DNA of 64,000 nucleotides from NCBI RefSeq assembly GCF_900200035.1, contig NZ_FZTC01000009.1:1-64000 (forward strand), given 5' to 3'. The notes below the pieces were generated by a model. That model saw only the letters and a program-made list of their open reading frames with translations, was not told where the DNA came from and ran no database searches. This DNA comes from Klebsiella grimontii (lineage in GTDB: Bacteria > Pseudomonadota > Gammaproteobacteria > Enterobacterales > Enterobacteriaceae). A program made the position numbers and the translations under genes. Shown piece after piece: positions 32,181-48,719 of the stretch; the first letter of the stretch is position 1; each line of letters opens with the position of its first letter.

Positions 32181-33830
32181 ATGAAAAACATCAACCCAAC
32201 GCAGACCTCTGCCTGGCAGGCATTACAGAAACACTTTGATGAAATGAAAGACGTTACCATCGCGGATCTGTTCGCGAAGGATAGCGATCGTTTCTCTAAA
32301 TTCTCCGCCACGTTCGACGATCTGATGCTGGTGGATTTTTCCAAAAACCGCATCACCGAAGAGACGCTGGCTAAGCTGCAGGACCTGGCCAAAGAGACCT
32401 TCCTGGCAGACGCCATTAAATCCATGTTCTCCGGCGAGAAGATTAACCGCACGGAAGACCGCGCGGTGCTGCACGTTGCGCTGCGTAACCGCAGCAATAC
32501 TCCGATTCTGGTTGATGGCAAAGACGTGATGCCGGAAGTGAACGCCGTGCTTGAGAAGATGAAAACCTTCTCCGAAGCCATTATCTCCGGCAACTGGAAA
32601 GGCTACACCGGTAAAGCGATTACCGACGTCGTGAACATCGGTATCGGCGGCTCCGACCTCGGCCCGTTCATGGTGACCGAAGCGCTGCGCCCGTACAAAA
32701 ACCACCTGAACATGCACTTTGTTTCCAACGTCGATGGGACCCACATCGCCGAAGTGCTGAAAACGGTGAACCCGGAAACCACGCTGTTCCTGGTCGCGTC
32801 GAAAACCTTTACCACTCAGGAAACCATGACCAACGCTCACAGCGCGCGCGACTGGTTCCTGGCGACCGCCGGCGATGAGAAGCACGTAGCGAAACACTTC
32901 GCCGCGCTCTCGACCAACGGTAAAGCGGTTGGCGAGTTCGGTATTGATACCGCCAATATGTTTGAATTCTGGGACTGGGTTGGCGGCCGTTACTCTCTGT
33001 GGTCAGCCATCGGCCTGTCCATCATCCTGTCCGTCGGCTTCGACAACTTTGTTGAGCTGCTCTCCGGCGCGCACGCGATGGATAAACACTTCTCCACGAC
33101 CGCGCCTGAGAAAAACCTGCCGGTACTGCTGGCGCTGATCGGTATCTGGTACAACAACTTCTTCGGTGCTGAAACCGAAGCGATTCTGCCGTACGACCAG
33201 TATATGCACCGCTTTGCCGCCTACTTCCAGCAGGGCAACATGGAATCCAACGGTAAATACGTTGACCGTAACGGCAACGCCGTGGATTACCAGACGGGCC
33301 CAATCATCTGGGGCGAGCCGGGTACCAACGGTCAGCACGCGTTCTACCAGCTGATTCACCAGGGGACCAAAATGGTGCCTTGCGACTTTATCGCCCCGGC
33401 GATTACCCACAACCCGCTGTCCGACCACCATCCGAAGCTGCTGTCTAACTTCTTTGCCCAGACCGAAGCGCTGGCGTTTGGTAAATCCCGCGAAGTGGTT
33501 GAGCAGGAGTATCGCGATCAGGGTAAAGATCCGGCGACCCTGGAACACGTGGTGCCGTTCAAAGTGTTTGAAGGCAACCGCCCGACCAACTCCATCCTGC
33601 TGCGTGAAATTACGCCGTTCAGCCTGGGCGCGCTGATTGCCCTGTATGAGCACAAAATCTTCACCCAGGGCGTGATTATGAACATCTTCACCTTCGACCA
33701 GTGGGGCGTGGAGCTGGGCAAACAGCTGGCTAACCGCATCCTGCCGGAGCTGAAAGATGGTTCCGAAGTGAGCAGCCACGACAGCTCCACTAACGGCCTG
33801 ATTAACCGCTATAAATCCTGGCGCGCATAA
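32181..33830 (+). CDS. pgi: glucose-6-phosphate isomerase
   Basis: 549 aa from [34 protein letters not shown] (E. coli Pgi N-terminus). Confidence 0.95.
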   Translation: MKNINPTQTSAWQALQKHFDEMKDVTIADLFAKDSDRFSKFSATFDDLMLVDFSKNRITEETLAKLQDLAKETFLADAIKSMFSGEKINRTEDRAVLHVALRNRSNTPILVDGKDVMPEVNAVLEKMKTFSEAIISGNWKGYTGKAITDVVNIGIGGSDLGPFMVTEALRPYKNHLNMHFVSNVDGTHIAEVLKTVNPETTLFLVASKTFTTQETMTNAHSARDWFLATAGDEKHVAKHFAALSTNGKAVGEFGIDTANMFEFWDWVGGRYSLWSAIGLSIILSVGFDNFVELLSGAHAMDKHFSTTAPEKNLPVLLALIGIWYNNFFGAETEAILPYDQYMHRFAAYFQQGNMESNGKYVDRNGNAVDYQTGPIIWGEPGTNGQHAFYQLIHQGTKMVPCDFIAPAITHNPLSDHHPKLLSNFFAQTEALAFGKSREVVEQEYRDQGKDPATLEHVVPFKVFEGNRPTNSILLREITPFSLGALIALYEHKIFTQGVIMNIFTFDQWGVELGKQLANRILPELKDGSEVSSHDSSTNGLINRYKSWRA

Positions 33831-33847
33831 TCGCTAAAACGTTCGCA

Positions 33848-33876
33848 ATGCCGGCCCATGTGGCCGGCATTTTTGT
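33848..33876 (+). terminator. rho-independent terminator after pgi
   Basis: atgccggcccatgtggccggcat hairpin + TTTTG. Confidence 0.7.
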
Positions 33877-34331
33877 TATAGCCGGCGCAGCAGCTTTGCC
33901 GGGTTCCCGGCCCACACGCCTTTCTCAGTAATGGATTTGGTCACCACGCTGCCCGCGCCAATCACGACCCCATCGCAGATGCTGACCGCCAGAATGGTTG
34001 CGCCGCTGCCGATAGACACATCGTTGCCAATCACAATTCTTCCCCAGCTCTCGCGGTCGGCGTTGGGTTTTCCCTCGCGGAACATATCGTTGGCGAACAT
34101 CACGCCGTGGCCGATAAAACAGCGCGCGCCGATGGTCACGTACTCGCAGATAAAGGTGTGGGACTGAATTTTGCTGTCGTTGCCGATGCGGGTATGGCCC
34201 TGAATCTCCACAAATGGCCCGACGAAGACGTTATCGCCAAGCGTGCAGTCGTAGAGGTTGGCGGGCTGGTAAATCACCACGTTTTCGCCGCTGGCGACGT
34301 TGCGAATGGCGGTTTCACGAAGGGTATGCAT
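33876..34331 (-). CDS. hexapeptide-repeat (left-handed beta-helix) acyl/acetyltransferase
   Basis: 151 aa with repeated [LIV]G-x-x-x-x hexapeptide pattern (IGNDSKI, IGARCFIGHGVMF, IGNDVSIGSGATI, IGAGSVV). Confidence 0.7.
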   Translation of the reverse strand: MHTLRETAIRNVASGENVVIYQPANLYDCTLGDNVFVGPFVEIQGHTRIGNDSKIQSHTFICEYVTIGARCFIGHGVMFANDMFREGKPNADRESWGRIVIGNDVSIGSGATILAVSICDGVVIGAGSVVTKSITEKGVWAGNPAKLLRRL

Positions 34332-34339
34332 GCTGCCTC

Positions 34340-34849
34340 TCAGATTGGTTTAGCCAGAATATGGAGTGTGCTTTCCTGGGTTGCAGAATGAAATGCCACA
34401 TCCTTCACGTGCTGCATCCCCTGGCGTTCATAAAAACGGCGGGCGCTGGTATTCGCGGCGAGCACTTCCAGCCATAGCCAGCGTTCACCCTTCTCTTTTG
34501 CTCGCGTCTCGACGGCGCGGAAAATCTGCTCGCCGTAGCGATGTCCGGTGGCGTCGGGCAGCAGATAAAGCTTATGCAGCAGCGTGCCGGAGGGACCCTC
34601 GGGATGAATATTCTGACCACAGGCGTATTTAGCAAAGCCGACAGGACGCGCGGCTTCCGCAATCAACCAACAGCACTGCGGATCGGCCAGGCTGGGCGCC
34701 AGCGCGGCCATGGAATATTCTTGCTGCAGGTAGTGCTCCAGTTCATCGGCGTTGTGCCAGAGATGGGCAAAGTGGTGGCGATAGCTGGCATTGGCCATTT
34801 CGTTGAGCAAGGCTGCATCTTCTGGCCCTGCAATACGAATTTTGAACAT
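34340..34849 (-). CDS. GNAT-family N-acetyltransferase
   Basis: 169 aa with acetyl-CoA binding-like segment (RYGEQIFRAVETRAKEKGERWLWLEV…RFYERQGM). Confidence 0.65.
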   Translation of the reverse strand: MFKIRIAGPEDAALLNEMANASYRHHFAHLWHNADELEHYLQQEYSMAALAPSLADPQCCWLIAEAARPVGFAKYACGQNIHPEGPSGTLLHKLYLLPDATGHRYGEQIFRAVETRAKEKGERWLWLEVLAANTSARRFYERQGMQHVKDVAFHSATQESTLHILAKPI

Positions 34850-34993
34850 GGTTGTTTCCTTTTTAACCTGTCAGTGTGGCAAGTGATTGTTACATTTACG
34901 CCGCCGGTGGCAAAAAGTTAACGAATAATGTCGATCTGGATCACACTTTTGCGTTATACAGGTCACAAATAATGATGATTATGAGGTGTATCT

Positions 34994-35404
34994 ATGCCGC
35001 CGGTTTATCGTCCGTTGGTGAGTTTTATTGCAACCGCAATGCAAACCGTTTTGAATCTTGGCCTGCTGTGCCTGGGGGTCATTCTGATCGTATTTCTGGG
35101 CAAGGAGACGTTGCATCTGGCGCACGTCCTGTTTACGCCGGAGCCTGTCAGCAAGTACAAGCTGGTGGAGGGGCTGGTCGTCTACTTCCTCTATTTCGAG
35201 TTTATCGCGCTGATAGTGAAGTATTTTGAGTCGGGATTTCACTTCCCGCTGCGCTACTTTGTCTATATCGGCATCACCGCCATCGTCCGCCTGATCATTA
35301 TCGATCATGAGTCGCCTATGGCGGTGCTGATTTACTCCGCTGCGATCCTGATTCTGGTGATTACGCTTTGGCTGTGTAATTCCAACCGCCTGAAACGCGA
35401 ATAA
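34994..35404 (+). CDS. psiE: phosphate-starvation-inducible protein PsiE
   Basis: 136 aa, near-identity to E. coli PsiE (…[23 protein letters not shown]…[15 protein letters not shown]…). Confidence 0.9.
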   Translation: MPPVYRPLVSFIATAMQTVLNLGLLCLGVILIVFLGKETLHLAHVLFTPEPVSKYKLVEGLVVYFLYFEFIALIVKYFESGFHFPLRYFVYIGITAIVRLIIIDHESPMAVLIYSAAILILVITLWLCNSNRLKRE

Positions 35405-35432
35405 AAAAAAGCGGCCTCTAGGGCCGCTGACC
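35403..35432 (-). terminator. rho-independent terminator of malEFG (read on minus strand)
   Basis: minus strand: gcggccctagaggccgc hairpin followed by TTTTTTTT. Confidence 0.6.
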
Positions 35433-35595
35433 AACAGTCACAAATAGAATTTATGTAGGGTCCAGTTGAGGATAGCAGTGGCATTTGCCTTACTTTTTCA
35501 GCTGAGGGCGGCGGCGGCAATGCCCGGTTGGGGACGCGCATTGCCGCTAAACCGCCGGCCCTCATCTGAAATTTGGGGCGGGTGTTACAAAAAAA

Positions 35596-36486
35596 TTAAC
35601 CTTTCACTCCGCCTGCCGTCAGGCCGTTGACCAACCAGCGCTGGGCCAGCAGGAACACTACGGTAATCGGAATAGCGGAGAGCACCGCTGCAGCGGCAAA
35701 GTCGCCCCACAGATAGTTCTGCGGGTTGAGATACTGTTGCATTCCGACCGCCAGGGTATAGCTGTTCACATCGCGCAGCAGCAGGGAGGCCACCGGTACT
35801 TCGGTAATCGCGGCGATGAACGACAGAATAAACACCACCGCCAGAATCGGTACCGACAGCGGGAGCAGCACCAGGCGGAAAGCCTGCCACGGGGTGGCGC
35901 CGTCCAGCGCCGCCGCTTCCTCCAGCGAGCCGTCGATGGTTTCGAAGTAACCTTTAATCGTCCAGACGTGCAGCGCGATACCGCCCATATAGGCGAAGAT
36001 GACGCCGCCGTGGGTATTCAGGCCGACGAACGGTACGTACTGGCCGAGGCGGTCAAACAGGGCATACAGCGCGACCAGCGACAGTACCGCGGGGAACATC
36101 TGGAAAATCAGCATCCCTTTCAGCAGCGTGGCTTTACCCGGAAAGCGCATGCGGGCAAAAGCGTAAGCGCAAGTGGTAGAGAGCGCGACGATGCCAATGG
36201 CGGTAATGCCGGCCACCTTGATGGAGTTCCACAGCCACAGCAGGACCGGGAAGGGGGGCGGCGTGACGCGACCGTCAGCGTGTTCAACGCTGAAGCCTAA
36301 CGCCAGCCGCCAGTGCTCCCAGGAGATACTTTCAGGGATCAGGCTACCGGTGGCGAAGTTCCCTTCGCGCAGAGAGATAGCGATGACCATCAGCAGCGGG
36401 AACATAATCGCCGCGATAAAAACCAGCAGCAGGAGATGCGTGGTAAACAGGCGCAGCTTCTGAGATTTGGGTTGAACCATAGCCAT
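35596..36486 (-). CDS. malG: maltose ABC transporter permease MalG
   Basis: 296 aa, MalG identity level similarity; operon position. Confidence 0.93.
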   Translation of the reverse strand: MAMVQPKSQKLRLFTTHLLLLVFIAAIMFPLLMVIAISLREGNFATGSLIPESISWEHWRLALGFSVEHADGRVTPPPFPVLLWLWNSIKVAGITAIGIVALSTTCAYAFARMRFPGKATLLKGMLIFQMFPAVLSLVALYALFDRLGQYVPFVGLNTHGGVIFAYMGGIALHVWTIKGYFETIDGSLEEAAALDGATPWQAFRLVLLPLSVPILAVVFILSFIAAITEVPVASLLLRDVNSYTLAVGMQQYLNPQNYLWGDFAAAAVLSAIPITVVFLLAQRWLVNGLTAGGVKG

Positions 36487-36500
36487 AATCGTTATCTCCC

Positions 36501-38054
36501 TTAATCAAACTTCATACGTGTGGCTTTCAGGTTAACAATCGCAAGCAGGCCTACCAGCAGGAAGATCAGCGTGGCGATAGCCGCCGCGAGGCCGAAGTCC
36601 TGACCGCCGCCGCCTTCAAAGGCGATGCGGTAGGTATAGCTCACCAGCAGGTCGGTGTAGCCCGCCGGCGTGGTGGTGCCGAGCCGGTCCGGCCCGCCGT
36701 TGGTCAACAGCTGAATCAGCACGAAGTTGTTAAAGTTAAAGGCGAAGCTGGCGATCATCAGCGGCGTCAGCGGCTTGATCAGCAGCGGCAGCGTAATTTT
36801 GAAGAAGTTCTGGAACGGCGTAGCGCCATCCATTGCCGAGGCTTCATATAAATCGTCAGGAATCGCTTTCAGCAGGCCCATGCACAGGATCATCATGTAC
36901 GGATAGCCCAGCCAGGTGTTGACGATGATAATCATCGTGCGCGCGGTGGTCGGGTCGCTAAACCAGGCCGGCTTGATGCCGAACAGCGCGCTGAGCATCA
37001 TGTTGATCTCGCCAAAACTCTGGTTGAACAGGCCTTTGAAAATCAGAATCGAGATAAACGACGGTACGGCATATGGCAGAATCAGCAGTACGCGGTAAAT
37101 CGCTTTGCCCTTCAGGGCTTCCCACTGGACCAGACAGGCGAGCACCATGCCGACCGCAACGGTAAGAATCACGGTCAGAACGGAGAACACCACCGTCCAG
37201 ACGAAAATCGCGAAGAACGGTTTCTGGATCCCTTCATCCTGGAACACGCGGGTGAAGTTATCCCAGCCGATGGTTACGGTGTAGCCCGGGCTGAGCTTTT
37301 CGCTGCCCCAGCTGCCGTCGGCGTTGATCGCCTGATAGAAACCGACCTCGGCGTTGGGACGATATTTTACGCCGCTCTGGTTGTTGGTCAGCGTACCGTC
37401 ATTGGCCAGCGCGTACAGCGGTTGAGTACCGGAGAACTGACGCAGGGAGCTCATAATGACTTTGCTTTCATCCGGCAGCACGGCGGTCAGCTGGTTCAGG
37501 GCGGTACGGTTTTGCGTAATCACGCGCAGCGTGGCGCGATCGCCTTCCGGCAGGGCGTCAGCCTCTTTTAAGGCCAGTTTCTGCTCGCCGCCGAATTTAA
37601 AGGCGTCGGAAAGATAGTTTTTGCCGCTTTCGCCGTCGGTCAGCGCCAGCTTCCACTCATCTCCCGCCGGATAGAGCGCGAAGTTGTAGGATTTGCCCGC
37701 CTGGAAGGAGCGGTCCATCAGTACCTGTTGGGCGCGTTCGAAGGTCAGCTGGTTAGTGCTGCTGTAGTTGGTGAAAGCGATTGCGATCGTGCAGATCAGC
37801 GGGAACAGGACGAACAGCCCCATCCCGGCGAGACCCGGATAAACATAGCGCCAGGCGTAGGCCTTGCGATTGGAAAAAATATACAGGCCAACCGAGCTTA
37901 AAATCAGCGTCATGATGGCAAACAGGTACTCCCCCTGGGCGTACATCAAAACAACAAGGTAACCCACCAGCAGGCACAGCAAGCCGATCACAGACCATGT
38001 GAGCTGCGGGCTTTGCCACCAGTGCTTCTTTTTCACGACATCCATGGGGATCAT
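36501..38054 (-). CDS. malF: maltose ABC transporter permease MalF
   Basis: 517 aa, [23 protein letters not shown]-type N-terminus. Confidence 0.93.
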   Translation of the reverse strand: MIPMDVVKKKHWWQSPQLTWSVIGLLCLLVGYLVVLMYAQGEYLFAIMTLILSSVGLYIFSNRKAYAWRYVYPGLAGMGLFVLFPLICTIAIAFTNYSSTNQLTFERAQQVLMDRSFQAGKSYNFALYPAGDEWKLALTDGESGKNYLSDAFKFGGEQKLALKEADALPEGDRATLRVITQNRTALNQLTAVLPDESKVIMSSLRQFSGTQPLYALANDGTLTNNQSGVKYRPNAEVGFYQAINADGSWGSEKLSPGYTVTIGWDNFTRVFQDEGIQKPFFAIFVWTVVFSVLTVILTVAVGMVLACLVQWEALKGKAIYRVLLILPYAVPSFISILIFKGLFNQSFGEINMMLSALFGIKPAWFSDPTTARTMIIIVNTWLGYPYMMILCMGLLKAIPDDLYEASAMDGATPFQNFFKITLPLLIKPLTPLMIASFAFNFNNFVLIQLLTNGGPDRLGTTTPAGYTDLLVSYTYRIAFEGGGGQDFGLAAAIATLIFLLVGLLAIVNLKATRMKFD

Positions 38055-38232
38055 CCTCTTTACACTTTATCCTTCGCGCTACCTCTTTGTTGGCTGCGGA
38101 TGCGCACCCCAGTCACTTACTGATGTAAGCGCCTGGGGATTTGTCATCCTTGCCGCCTCGATGTAGCGCGAATGATTTCGTGTAACAACGTATTCAACAA
38201 ACCTTATTCTCTAAGAAATAAGGGAAACCGTA

Positions 38233-42288
<4,056 letters not shown>

Positions 42289-42395
42289 TCGAATCTAACC
42301 GTTCGTAACTAAAAGAGGGGCGTAAGCCCCTCTATCTTAGGCCCAGCGCGCTATTGCCTGGCTACCGCTTGGCCACTGGAATTGAGGTGATAACA

Positions 42396-43328
42396 ATGAA
42401 AATGAAGAAAAGTCTCGTTGCCCTCTGCCTGTCCGTCGGCCTGATGGCCTGCGTACCCGCAGTCAGTTTTGCTGATGTTAATTTCGTGCCGCAGAACACC
42501 TCTGCCGCGCCGTCGATTCCGGCCTCTGCGTTGCAGCAGCTAACCTGGACTCCGGTCGATCAATCCAAAACGCAGACGACAAAGCTCGCCGTGGCCGGAC
42601 AGACGCTCAATGTCCCCGGTATCAGTGGCCCGGTCGCCGCATACAGCGTTCCGGCGAATATTGGCGAGCTCAATATTACGTTAACCAGCGAAGTGGAAAA
42701 ACAAACTGCGGTATATGCGCCGAACGTGCTGATTCTTGACCAAAATATGACGCCATCCGCGTTCTTCCCCAGCAGCTACTTTACCTATCTTGAACCGGGA
42801 GTGATGAGTTCAGATCGTCTGGAAGGCGTAATGCGCCTGACTCCGGCGCTGGGACAGCAGAAAATTTATGTGCTGGTTTTTACCACGCCGCAGGATTTGC
42901 AGCAGACCACTAAATTAATCGATCCGGCGAAGGCTTACGCCAAAGGTACCGGCAATGCGGTGCCGGATATTCCGGATCCCATCGCGAAACACGTTACAAA
43001 CGGTACCATTAGCCTGAAGGTGAAAACCTCTACCGCCTCCAGCGTACTGGTTGGCCCGTTGTTCGGTTCGTCAGGTCCGGGGCCTGTTACCGTCGGTAAT
43101 ACCGCTGCTCCTGCCTATAGCGCGCCGGTCGCCGCTCCGGCCCCGGCTCCAGCGGCGAAAAGCGAACCGATGCTCGACGATACCGAAACCTACTTCAACA
43201 ACGGTATCAAGCAGGCGGTTGCGAAAGGCGATATCGACAAGGCCCTGAAATTGATGAACGAAGCTGAACGTCTTGGCTCGAAATCTGCTCGTTCCACCTT
43301 TATCAGCAGTGTAAAAGGCAAGGGGTGA
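42396..43328 (+). CDS. malM: maltose operon periplasmic protein MalM
   Basis: Starts MKMKKSLVALCLSVGLMA signal peptide as in MalM; last gene of malK-lamB-malM. Confidence 0.85.
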   Translation: MKMKKSLVALCLSVGLMACVPAVSFADVNFVPQNTSAAPSIPASALQQLTWTPVDQSKTQTTKLAVAGQTLNVPGISGPVAAYSVPANIGELNITLTSEVEKQTAVYAPNVLILDQNMTPSAFFPSSYFTYLEPGVMSSDRLEGVMRLTPALGQQKIYVLVFTTPQDLQQTTKLIDPAKAYAKGTGNAVPDIPDPIAKHVTNGTISLKVKTSTASSVLVGPLFGSSGPGPVTVGNTAAPAYSAPVAAPAPAPAAKSEPMLDDTETYFNNGIKQAVAKGDIDKALKLMNEAERLGSKSARSTFISSVKGKG

Positions 43329-43368
43329 CCGTCTCCCCGCAATGCTGATGTTTAGGCACAGCCTTTAG

Positions 43369-43396
43369 GTGCGTCCGTTCGGGCGCACTTTTTTTT
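43369..43396 (+). terminator. rho-independent terminator after malM
   Basis: gtgcgtccgttcgggcgcac hairpin + TTTTTTTT. Confidence 0.8.
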
Positions 43397-43516
43397 AGCG
43401 CGCGGCGGCCTCTGTTGCACGGCTGTTGCGCGGATGATCGTATATTGACGTTTGCCCGCCCCCCATCCTCCATTCTGCGATACAATACCTTTACGTTATG
43501 TACCGGAGATTCAGGC

Positions 43517-44014
43517 ATGCCACATTCCGCGCTTACGCAACTGCGTGCGCTGCGTTATTTTGCCGAGATACCCCCGCTGGATGCGCATCTGCGCGACTGG
43601 CTATTGCTGGAAGACTCAATGACCAAACGCTTTGAGCAGCAGGGGAAGAAAGTCAGCGTCATCATGGTTAACGAAGGCTTTGTTGGATGCGAGGCGCTGG
43701 CCGGTGAGGAGTCCCTGTTACCGAGCGAACCCCGCTACTGGCTGCGGGAAATCATTCTTTGCGCCAACGGTGAACCCTGGCTGGCCGGTCGCACCATCGT
43801 GCCGGAATCAACGCTGAGCGGCCCTGAACTGGCGCTACAACAGCTGGGACAAACGCCGTTGGGCCGCTATCTCTTCACGTCATCGACGCTAACCCGCGAT
43901 TTTATTGAAATTGGTCGTCATGCAGAGCTGTGGGGGCGCCGTTCCCGCCTCCGGTTGAGCGGCAAACCGCTGCTGCTGACGGAACTGTTTTTGCCTGCAT
44001 CGCCGTTGTATTGA
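43517..44014 (+). CDS. ubiC: chorismate pyruvate-lyase
   Basis: 165 aa from [19 protein letters not shown]…, near-identity to E. coli UbiC. Confidence 0.9.
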   Translation: MPHSALTQLRALRYFAEIPPLDAHLRDWLLLEDSMTKRFEQQGKKVSVIMVNEGFVGCEALAGEESLLPSEPRYWLREIILCANGEPWLAGRTIVPESTLSGPELALQQLGQTPLGRYLFTSSTLTRDFIEIGRHAELWGRRSRLRLSGKPLLLTELFLPASPLY

Positions 44015-44026
44015 GAGGAAAATGAA

Positions 44027-44896
44027 ATGGAGTGGAGTCTGACGCAGAACAAGCTGCTGGCGTTTCATCGCCTGATGCGTACTGACAAACCGATCGGCGC
44101 GCTGCTGCTGCTGTGGCCGACGCTGTGGGCGCTATGGGTGGCGACGCCGGGGATACCGCCGCTATGGATCCTCGCCGTTTTCGTCGCCGGCGTCTGGCTG
44201 ATGCGCGCCGCAGGCTGCGTGGTCAACGACTATGCCGATCGCAAGTTTGACGGTCACGTCAAACGTACGGCCCGCCGCCCGCTGCCGAGCGGCGATGTGA
44301 GCGAAAAAGAGGCGCGAACGCTGTTTGTCGTGCTGGTGCTGCTTTCATTCCTGCTGGTGTTGACCCTGAACACCATGACCATTCTGCTGTCGATAGCGGC
44401 GCTGGCCCTGGCGTGGGTGTATCCGTTTATGAAACGCTACACCCACCTGCCGCAGGTCGTACTGGGCGCGGCGTTCGGCTGGTCGATCCCGATGGCGTTT
44501 TCGGCGGTGAGCGAGTCGCTGCCGCTGAGCTGCTGGCTGATGTTCCTCGCCAATATCCTGTGGGCGGTGGCCTACGACACCCAGTATGCGATGGTCGATC
44601 GCGATGATGACGTCAAAATCGGTATCAAATCGACGGCGATCCTGTTTGGCGACAACGATCGCTTAATCATTGGTATCTTACAGGTGGCGGTACTGGGCCT
44701 GATGGCCGCGGTGGGCTGGCTGAGCGGGCTGGGCTGGGAGTATTACTGGTCGTTGTTTATCGCCGCGGCGCTGTTCGCCTGGCAGCAGAAGCTAATATTT
44801 AAACGCGAACGCGATGCCTGCTTTAAGGCGTTTATGAACAATAACTACGTTGGGCTGGTGCTGTTTCTTGGCCTGGCGATGGGATATATGCAGTAG
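44027..44896 (+). CDS. ubiA: 4-hydroxybenzoate octaprenyltransferase
   Basis: 289 aa polytopic UbiA prenyltransferase (NDYADRKFD motif). Confidence 0.93.
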   Translation: MEWSLTQNKLLAFHRLMRTDKPIGALLLLWPTLWALWVATPGIPPLWILAVFVAGVWLMRAAGCVVNDYADRKFDGHVKRTARRPLPSGDVSEKEARTLFVVLVLLSFLLVLTLNTMTILLSIAALALAWVYPFMKRYTHLPQVVLGAAFGWSIPMAFSAVSESLPLSCWLMFLANILWAVAYDTQYAMVDRDDDVKIGIKSTAILFGDNDRLIIGILQVAVLGLMAAVGWLSGLGWEYYWSLFIAAALFAWQQKLIFKRERDACFKAFMNNNYVGLVLFLGLAMGYMQ

Positions 44897-44994
44897 CGCT
44901 GTGGGTTTCCCGGCTTGCGGCGTAAACGCCAAAGCCGGGCTACAAAACCGCATGGTCCGGTAGCCCGGCGCAGGCCGGGATATCTTGTTAAACG

Positions 44995-47418
44995 TTACGC
45001 TTCATCCTGGGTAACGCTTTCAATCGTTAACCGCACATCAGAAGTAATCAGATCCGCCAGCATGCGGTAGATCTTCAACGTCTCTTCCGGCTCGGCGTCG
45101 CCGGTATCGCTGATATAGCCTTCGTCGCGCAGGGTCAGCACCAGCGTGCTGAACACCGCTTTATCGAAGAACTCCGGCGCATTGATGCCGTGCAGAACGG
45201 ACAGGCGCTGCGCCACGGTGCGGCTCTCTTTCTCCAGCGAACTGCGGTTGATTGACGGGTTGGCGCTCAGCAGCCAGAAGGTGATGGCGTAGCGCTGCAG
45301 CGTTTCGCGCGCGCCTGCGGCCAGCAGCTGCAGAGAACGGGCGTGAGACGGATTAACGCTCACCTCATCGTCGTTCAGGGCGATCAGACCCTGACGCTGC
45401 ATCTCGGCGATCAGCGCATCGACGACGCCCGCCAGCTCCGCTTTTTCCCAACGCAGGAACAGCTCGGCCTTGAGGAACGGATAGAACATCTCGACGTGAC
45501 GCAGAATTTCGGCGCGGGTAATACGACGATGCTGAGTGACGATGGCGGCTAACAGCGACGGCATCACCAGCATATGGGCGATGTTGTTGCGGTAATAGGT
45601 CATCAGGACGGCCTGCTCGCGCGGCAGAATGATGATATCGCCAATCGTATCTTTCTCGACTTCGAACTTGTTCATCTGCAGCGCGTGGTCGATAAGCTCG
45701 CTGGCTGAGGCCGCAGGCGTGGTCGCATCCGCTGAATATGGCACGTTGCGCAGCAGGGCGAGATAGCACTCCAACTGCTCGGTGAGCTGCTCGCGGGTCA
45801 GCGAACGCTGACGCGACGCCAGCAGCGCGGTACAGCACAGGTTCATGGCGTTTGCCGCGCCGGCATTATTGATGCGTACCATCAGATCCGAGGCGATGTT
45901 ATTCACCGTCGGCGTCAGCCAGGAAGGACGGACCGCTTCGATAGGGTCGATAGATTCGCGCCAGTCCGGCACGTGCTGGTTCAGATAGGCCATCAGCGGC
46001 AGCGGTTCGCCGAAGTTAACGTAGCCCTGGCCGAGATTGCGCAGCTTGCTCAAGCCGCGCAGCATCTGCGGCAGACTCTCTTTCTCTTTCGTCGCGCCGC
46101 GCAGCTCTTTGGCGTAGGTGCCGACCTCCATCACGTGCTCGTAGCCGATGTAAATCGGCACCAGGGTGATAGGGCGGTTACCGCCGCGCAGCATCGCCTG
46201 GATGGTCATCGACAGGGTGCCGGTTTTCGGATCCAGCAGACGACCGGTACGTGAACGACCGCCCTCAACGAAGTACTCCACCGAATAGCCGCGGCTAAAC
46301 AGCTCGCCAAGATATTCGCGGAATACGGTTGAGTAGAGCTTATTGCCCTTGAACGTGCGGCGAATAAAGAACGCGCCGCCGCGACGGAAAATCGGCCCGG
46401 CGGGCCAGAAGTTCAGGTTGATGCCGGCAGCGATATGCGGCGGCACCAGGCCCTGATGATAAATGACGTAAGAGAGCAGCAGATAGTCCATATGGCTGCG
46501 GTGGCACGGGACGTAGACTATCTCGTGGCCTTCGTGCGCCAGCTGGCGGACACGCTCGGCGTTATGGACGTTGATACCCTGATACAGCCGGTTCCAGGTA
46601 AAGCCCAGCACGCGGTCGGTCAAGCGAATCATCTCATAGGAGAAGTTCGCGGCGATCTCTTCCATCAGGGCGATAGCGTTTTGCTGAGCCTTCTCATGGG
46701 AAATTTTCTTGCTGCGCGCTTCGTCTTCTACCGCGCGGGCAATGGCTTTTGATGCCAGCAGTTTATTAAACAGATCCTGGCGCGCAGGCAGGCGCGGGCC
46801 AACCGCCGCCAGGCGCTGGCGGGCGAAGTGCATGCGCGCCACGCGGGCCAGCTTCTGAGCGATAGTTTTATCGGTACCGTGCTCGTCCGCCATCTTGCGC
46901 AGCGAGACCGAAGGCGAGAAACGGACGAAGCTATCGCGGCCCAGCCACAGAACGGCGAAGAATTTTTGAATGCCGTTGAGCATACGCAGCGGCGGGTTAA
47001 CCTCGCCTTTTTCACGCCCCGGCGCGCGACCGAACATCACCGAAACCGGCACCATCTGCACGTCAAGATCGGGATGATTGCGGTGTAAATCCAGATAGTC
47101 GTGAAAGAGCTTGATAGACTCTTCTTTCGGCGTGTAATAGGTGAACACGCGCGGCCCGCCGTGGATAAATACGTAGCGCGGAAGCAGGGCGCCGTCGATC
47201 TCGAGCGGCTCCAGCGGGTCCGGTAACTCATGTTCCAGACATTGCGCGCGCAGCGTCAGCAGGTCCGCCTTCGAATTGTAGGGCAGGACGTACATAATGG
47301 GACGCGAGGTATCCAGGCCTAATTCCTGCGCAGGTTGCGCCGGAATCGACTTGCTTTTTACCAGCGCCCTTAATGGTAAATTCAGTAATTTATAGTAAAT
47401 TCGTTGCCAGCCAGACAT
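44995..47418 (-). CDS. plsB: glycerol-3-phosphate 1-O-acyltransferase
   Basis: 807 aa, N-terminus [16 protein letters not shown] and HxxxxD acyltransferase motif ([13 protein letters not shown]). Confidence 0.95.
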   Translation of the reverse strand: MSGWQRIYYKLLNLPLRALVKSKSIPAQPAQELGLDTSRPIMYVLPYNSKADLLTLRAQCLEHELPDPLEPLEIDGALLPRYVFIHGGPRVFTYYTPKEESIKLFHDYLDLHRNHPDLDVQMVPVSVMFGRAPGREKGEVNPPLRMLNGIQKFFAVLWLGRDSFVRFSPSVSLRKMADEHGTDKTIAQKLARVARMHFARQRLAAVGPRLPARQDLFNKLLASKAIARAVEDEARSKKISHEKAQQNAIALMEEIAANFSYEMIRLTDRVLGFTWNRLYQGINVHNAERVRQLAHEGHEIVYVPCHRSHMDYLLLSYVIYHQGLVPPHIAAGINLNFWPAGPIFRRGGAFFIRRTFKGNKLYSTVFREYLGELFSRGYSVEYFVEGGRSRTGRLLDPKTGTLSMTIQAMLRGGNRPITLVPIYIGYEHVMEVGTYAKELRGATKEKESLPQMLRGLSKLRNLGQGYVNFGEPLPLMAYLNQHVPDWRESIDPIEAVRPSWLTPTVNNIASDLMVRINNAGAANAMNLCCTALLASRQRSLTREQLTEQLECYLALLRNVPYSADATTPAASASELIDHALQMNKFEVEKDTIGDIIILPREQAVLMTYYRNNIAHMLVMPSLLAAIVTQHRRITRAEILRHVEMFYPFLKAELFLRWEKAELAGVVDALIAEMQRQGLIALNDDEVSVNPSHARSLQLLAAGARETLQRYAITFWLLSANPSINRSSLEKESRTVAQRLSVLHGINAPEFFDKAVFSTLVLTLRDEGYISDTGDAEPEETLKIYRMLADLITSDVRLTIESVTQDEA

Positions 47419-47547
47419 AGACGATGTGAAGCCTCTGGTTAATCATGCAAATGCGCCGCAAGAATAACAGAAAGTGCGCAAAATTTCCGTTGTAACGCGG
47501 CAAACGCGTACACTCATTGACGTCATTTACATAAAAAGGTTTGTTTG

Positions 47548-47916
47548 ATGGCCAATAATACCACTGGGTTAACCCGAATTATTAAAGCGGCCGGGTATTC
47601 CTGGAAAGGATTCCGTGCGGCGTGGGTCAATGAGGCCGCATTTCGTCAGGAAGGCATCGCGGCCATTATTGCCGTGGCGATCGCCTGCTGGTTGGACGTC
47701 GATGCCATCACGCGGGTGCTGCTCATTAGCTCGGTCCTGTTAGTGATGATAGTTGAAATTATCAATAGCGCGATTGAGGCGGTGGTTGACCGTATCGGTC
47801 CCGAGCATCATGAGCTTTCGGGGCGAGCGAAAGATATGGGATCGGCGGCGGTACTGCTGGCGATTATCATCGCGCTGATCGCGTGGGGAACGCTGCTGTG
47901 GGCGAACTACCGCTAA
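47548..47916 (+). CDS. dgkA: diacylglycerol kinase
   Basis: 122 aa from MANNTTGLTRIIKAAGYSWKG… near-identical to E. coli DgkA. Confidence 0.93.
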   Translation: MANNTTGLTRIIKAAGYSWKGFRAAWVNEAAFRQEGIAAIIAVAIACWLDVDAITRVLLISSVLLVMIVEIINSAIEAVVDRIGPEHHELSGRAKDMGSAAVLLAIIIALIAWGTLLWANYR

Positions 47917-47993
47917 GTCTTGTCGTAGCTGCTCGCAAAACGGAAAGAAACTCCTGATTTTTGTGTGAAATGTGGTTCCAAAATCACCGTTAG

Positions 47994-48030
47994 CTGTATA
48001 TACTCACAGCATAACTGTATATACACCCAG
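47994..48030. promoter_or_regulatory. two tandem LexA (SOS) boxes in lexA promoter
   Basis: CTGTATATACTCACAG (47994-48009) and CTGTATATACACCCAG (48015-48030); both CTGT-N8-(A/C)CAG; identical arrangement to E. coli lexA. Confidence 0.9.
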
Positions 48031-48038
48031 GGGGCGGA

Positions 48039-48647
48039 ATGAAAGCGTTAACGACCAGGCAGCAAGAGGTGTTTGATCTCATTCGGGATCATATCAGCCA
48101 GACGGGCATGCCGCCGACGCGTGCGGAGATTGCTCAGCGCTTGGGGTTTCGCTCCCCAAACGCGGCGGAAGAGCATCTGAAAGCGCTGGCGCGTAAAGGC
48201 GCAATCGAGATCGTTTCCGGCGCCTCCCGCGGTATTCGTCTGCTGACGGAAGAAGAAACCGGTCTGCCGCTTATTGGCCGCGTCGCGGCAGGTGAGCCGC
48301 TGCTAGCGCAGCAGCACATTGAAGGCCACTACCAGGTGGACCCGGCCATGTTTAAGCCGAACGCCGATTTTCTGCTGCGTGTTAGCGGTATGTCGATGAA
48401 GGATATCGGTATTCTCGATGGCGACCTGCTGGCTGTCCATAAAACGCAGGATGTGCGCAATGGTCAGGTGGTTGTGGCGCGTATCGACGAAGAAGTGACC
48501 GTGAAGCGTCTGAAAAAACAGGGTAACGTCGTGGAATTGCTGCCGGAAAACAGCGAATTCTCGCCGATCGTGGTCGACCTTCGCGAACAAAGCTTTACTA
48601 TTGAAGGCCTGGCCGTCGGCGTTATCCGCAACGGCAACTGGCAATAA
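48039..48647 (+). CDS. lexA: SOS repressor LexA
   Basis: 202 aa, [54 protein letters not shown]. Confidence 0.97.
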   Translation: MKALTTRQQEVFDLIRDHISQTGMPPTRAEIAQRLGFRSPNAAEEHLKALARKGAIEIVSGASRGIRLLTEEETGLPLIGRVAAGEPLLAQQHIEGHYQVDPAMFKPNADFLLRVSGMSMKDIGILDGDLLAVHKTQDVRNGQVVVARIDEEVTVKRLKKQGNVVELLPENSEFSPIVVDLREQSFTIEGLAVGVIRNGNWQ

Positions 48648-48719
48648 TCTCTTCATCTCGCAGCATCATCATCTGAAGCATGATGCTGCGTCGTTTTTCC
48701 TCATTTAGGCGCTTTCTCC

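Noticed and set aside
42324-42344. Hairpin agaggggcgtaagcccctct between lamB and malM, considered as a terminator
   Set aside because: Not followed by a T-tract and lies inside a known operon. It is more likely an intra-operon stabiliser or attenuator than a full terminator.
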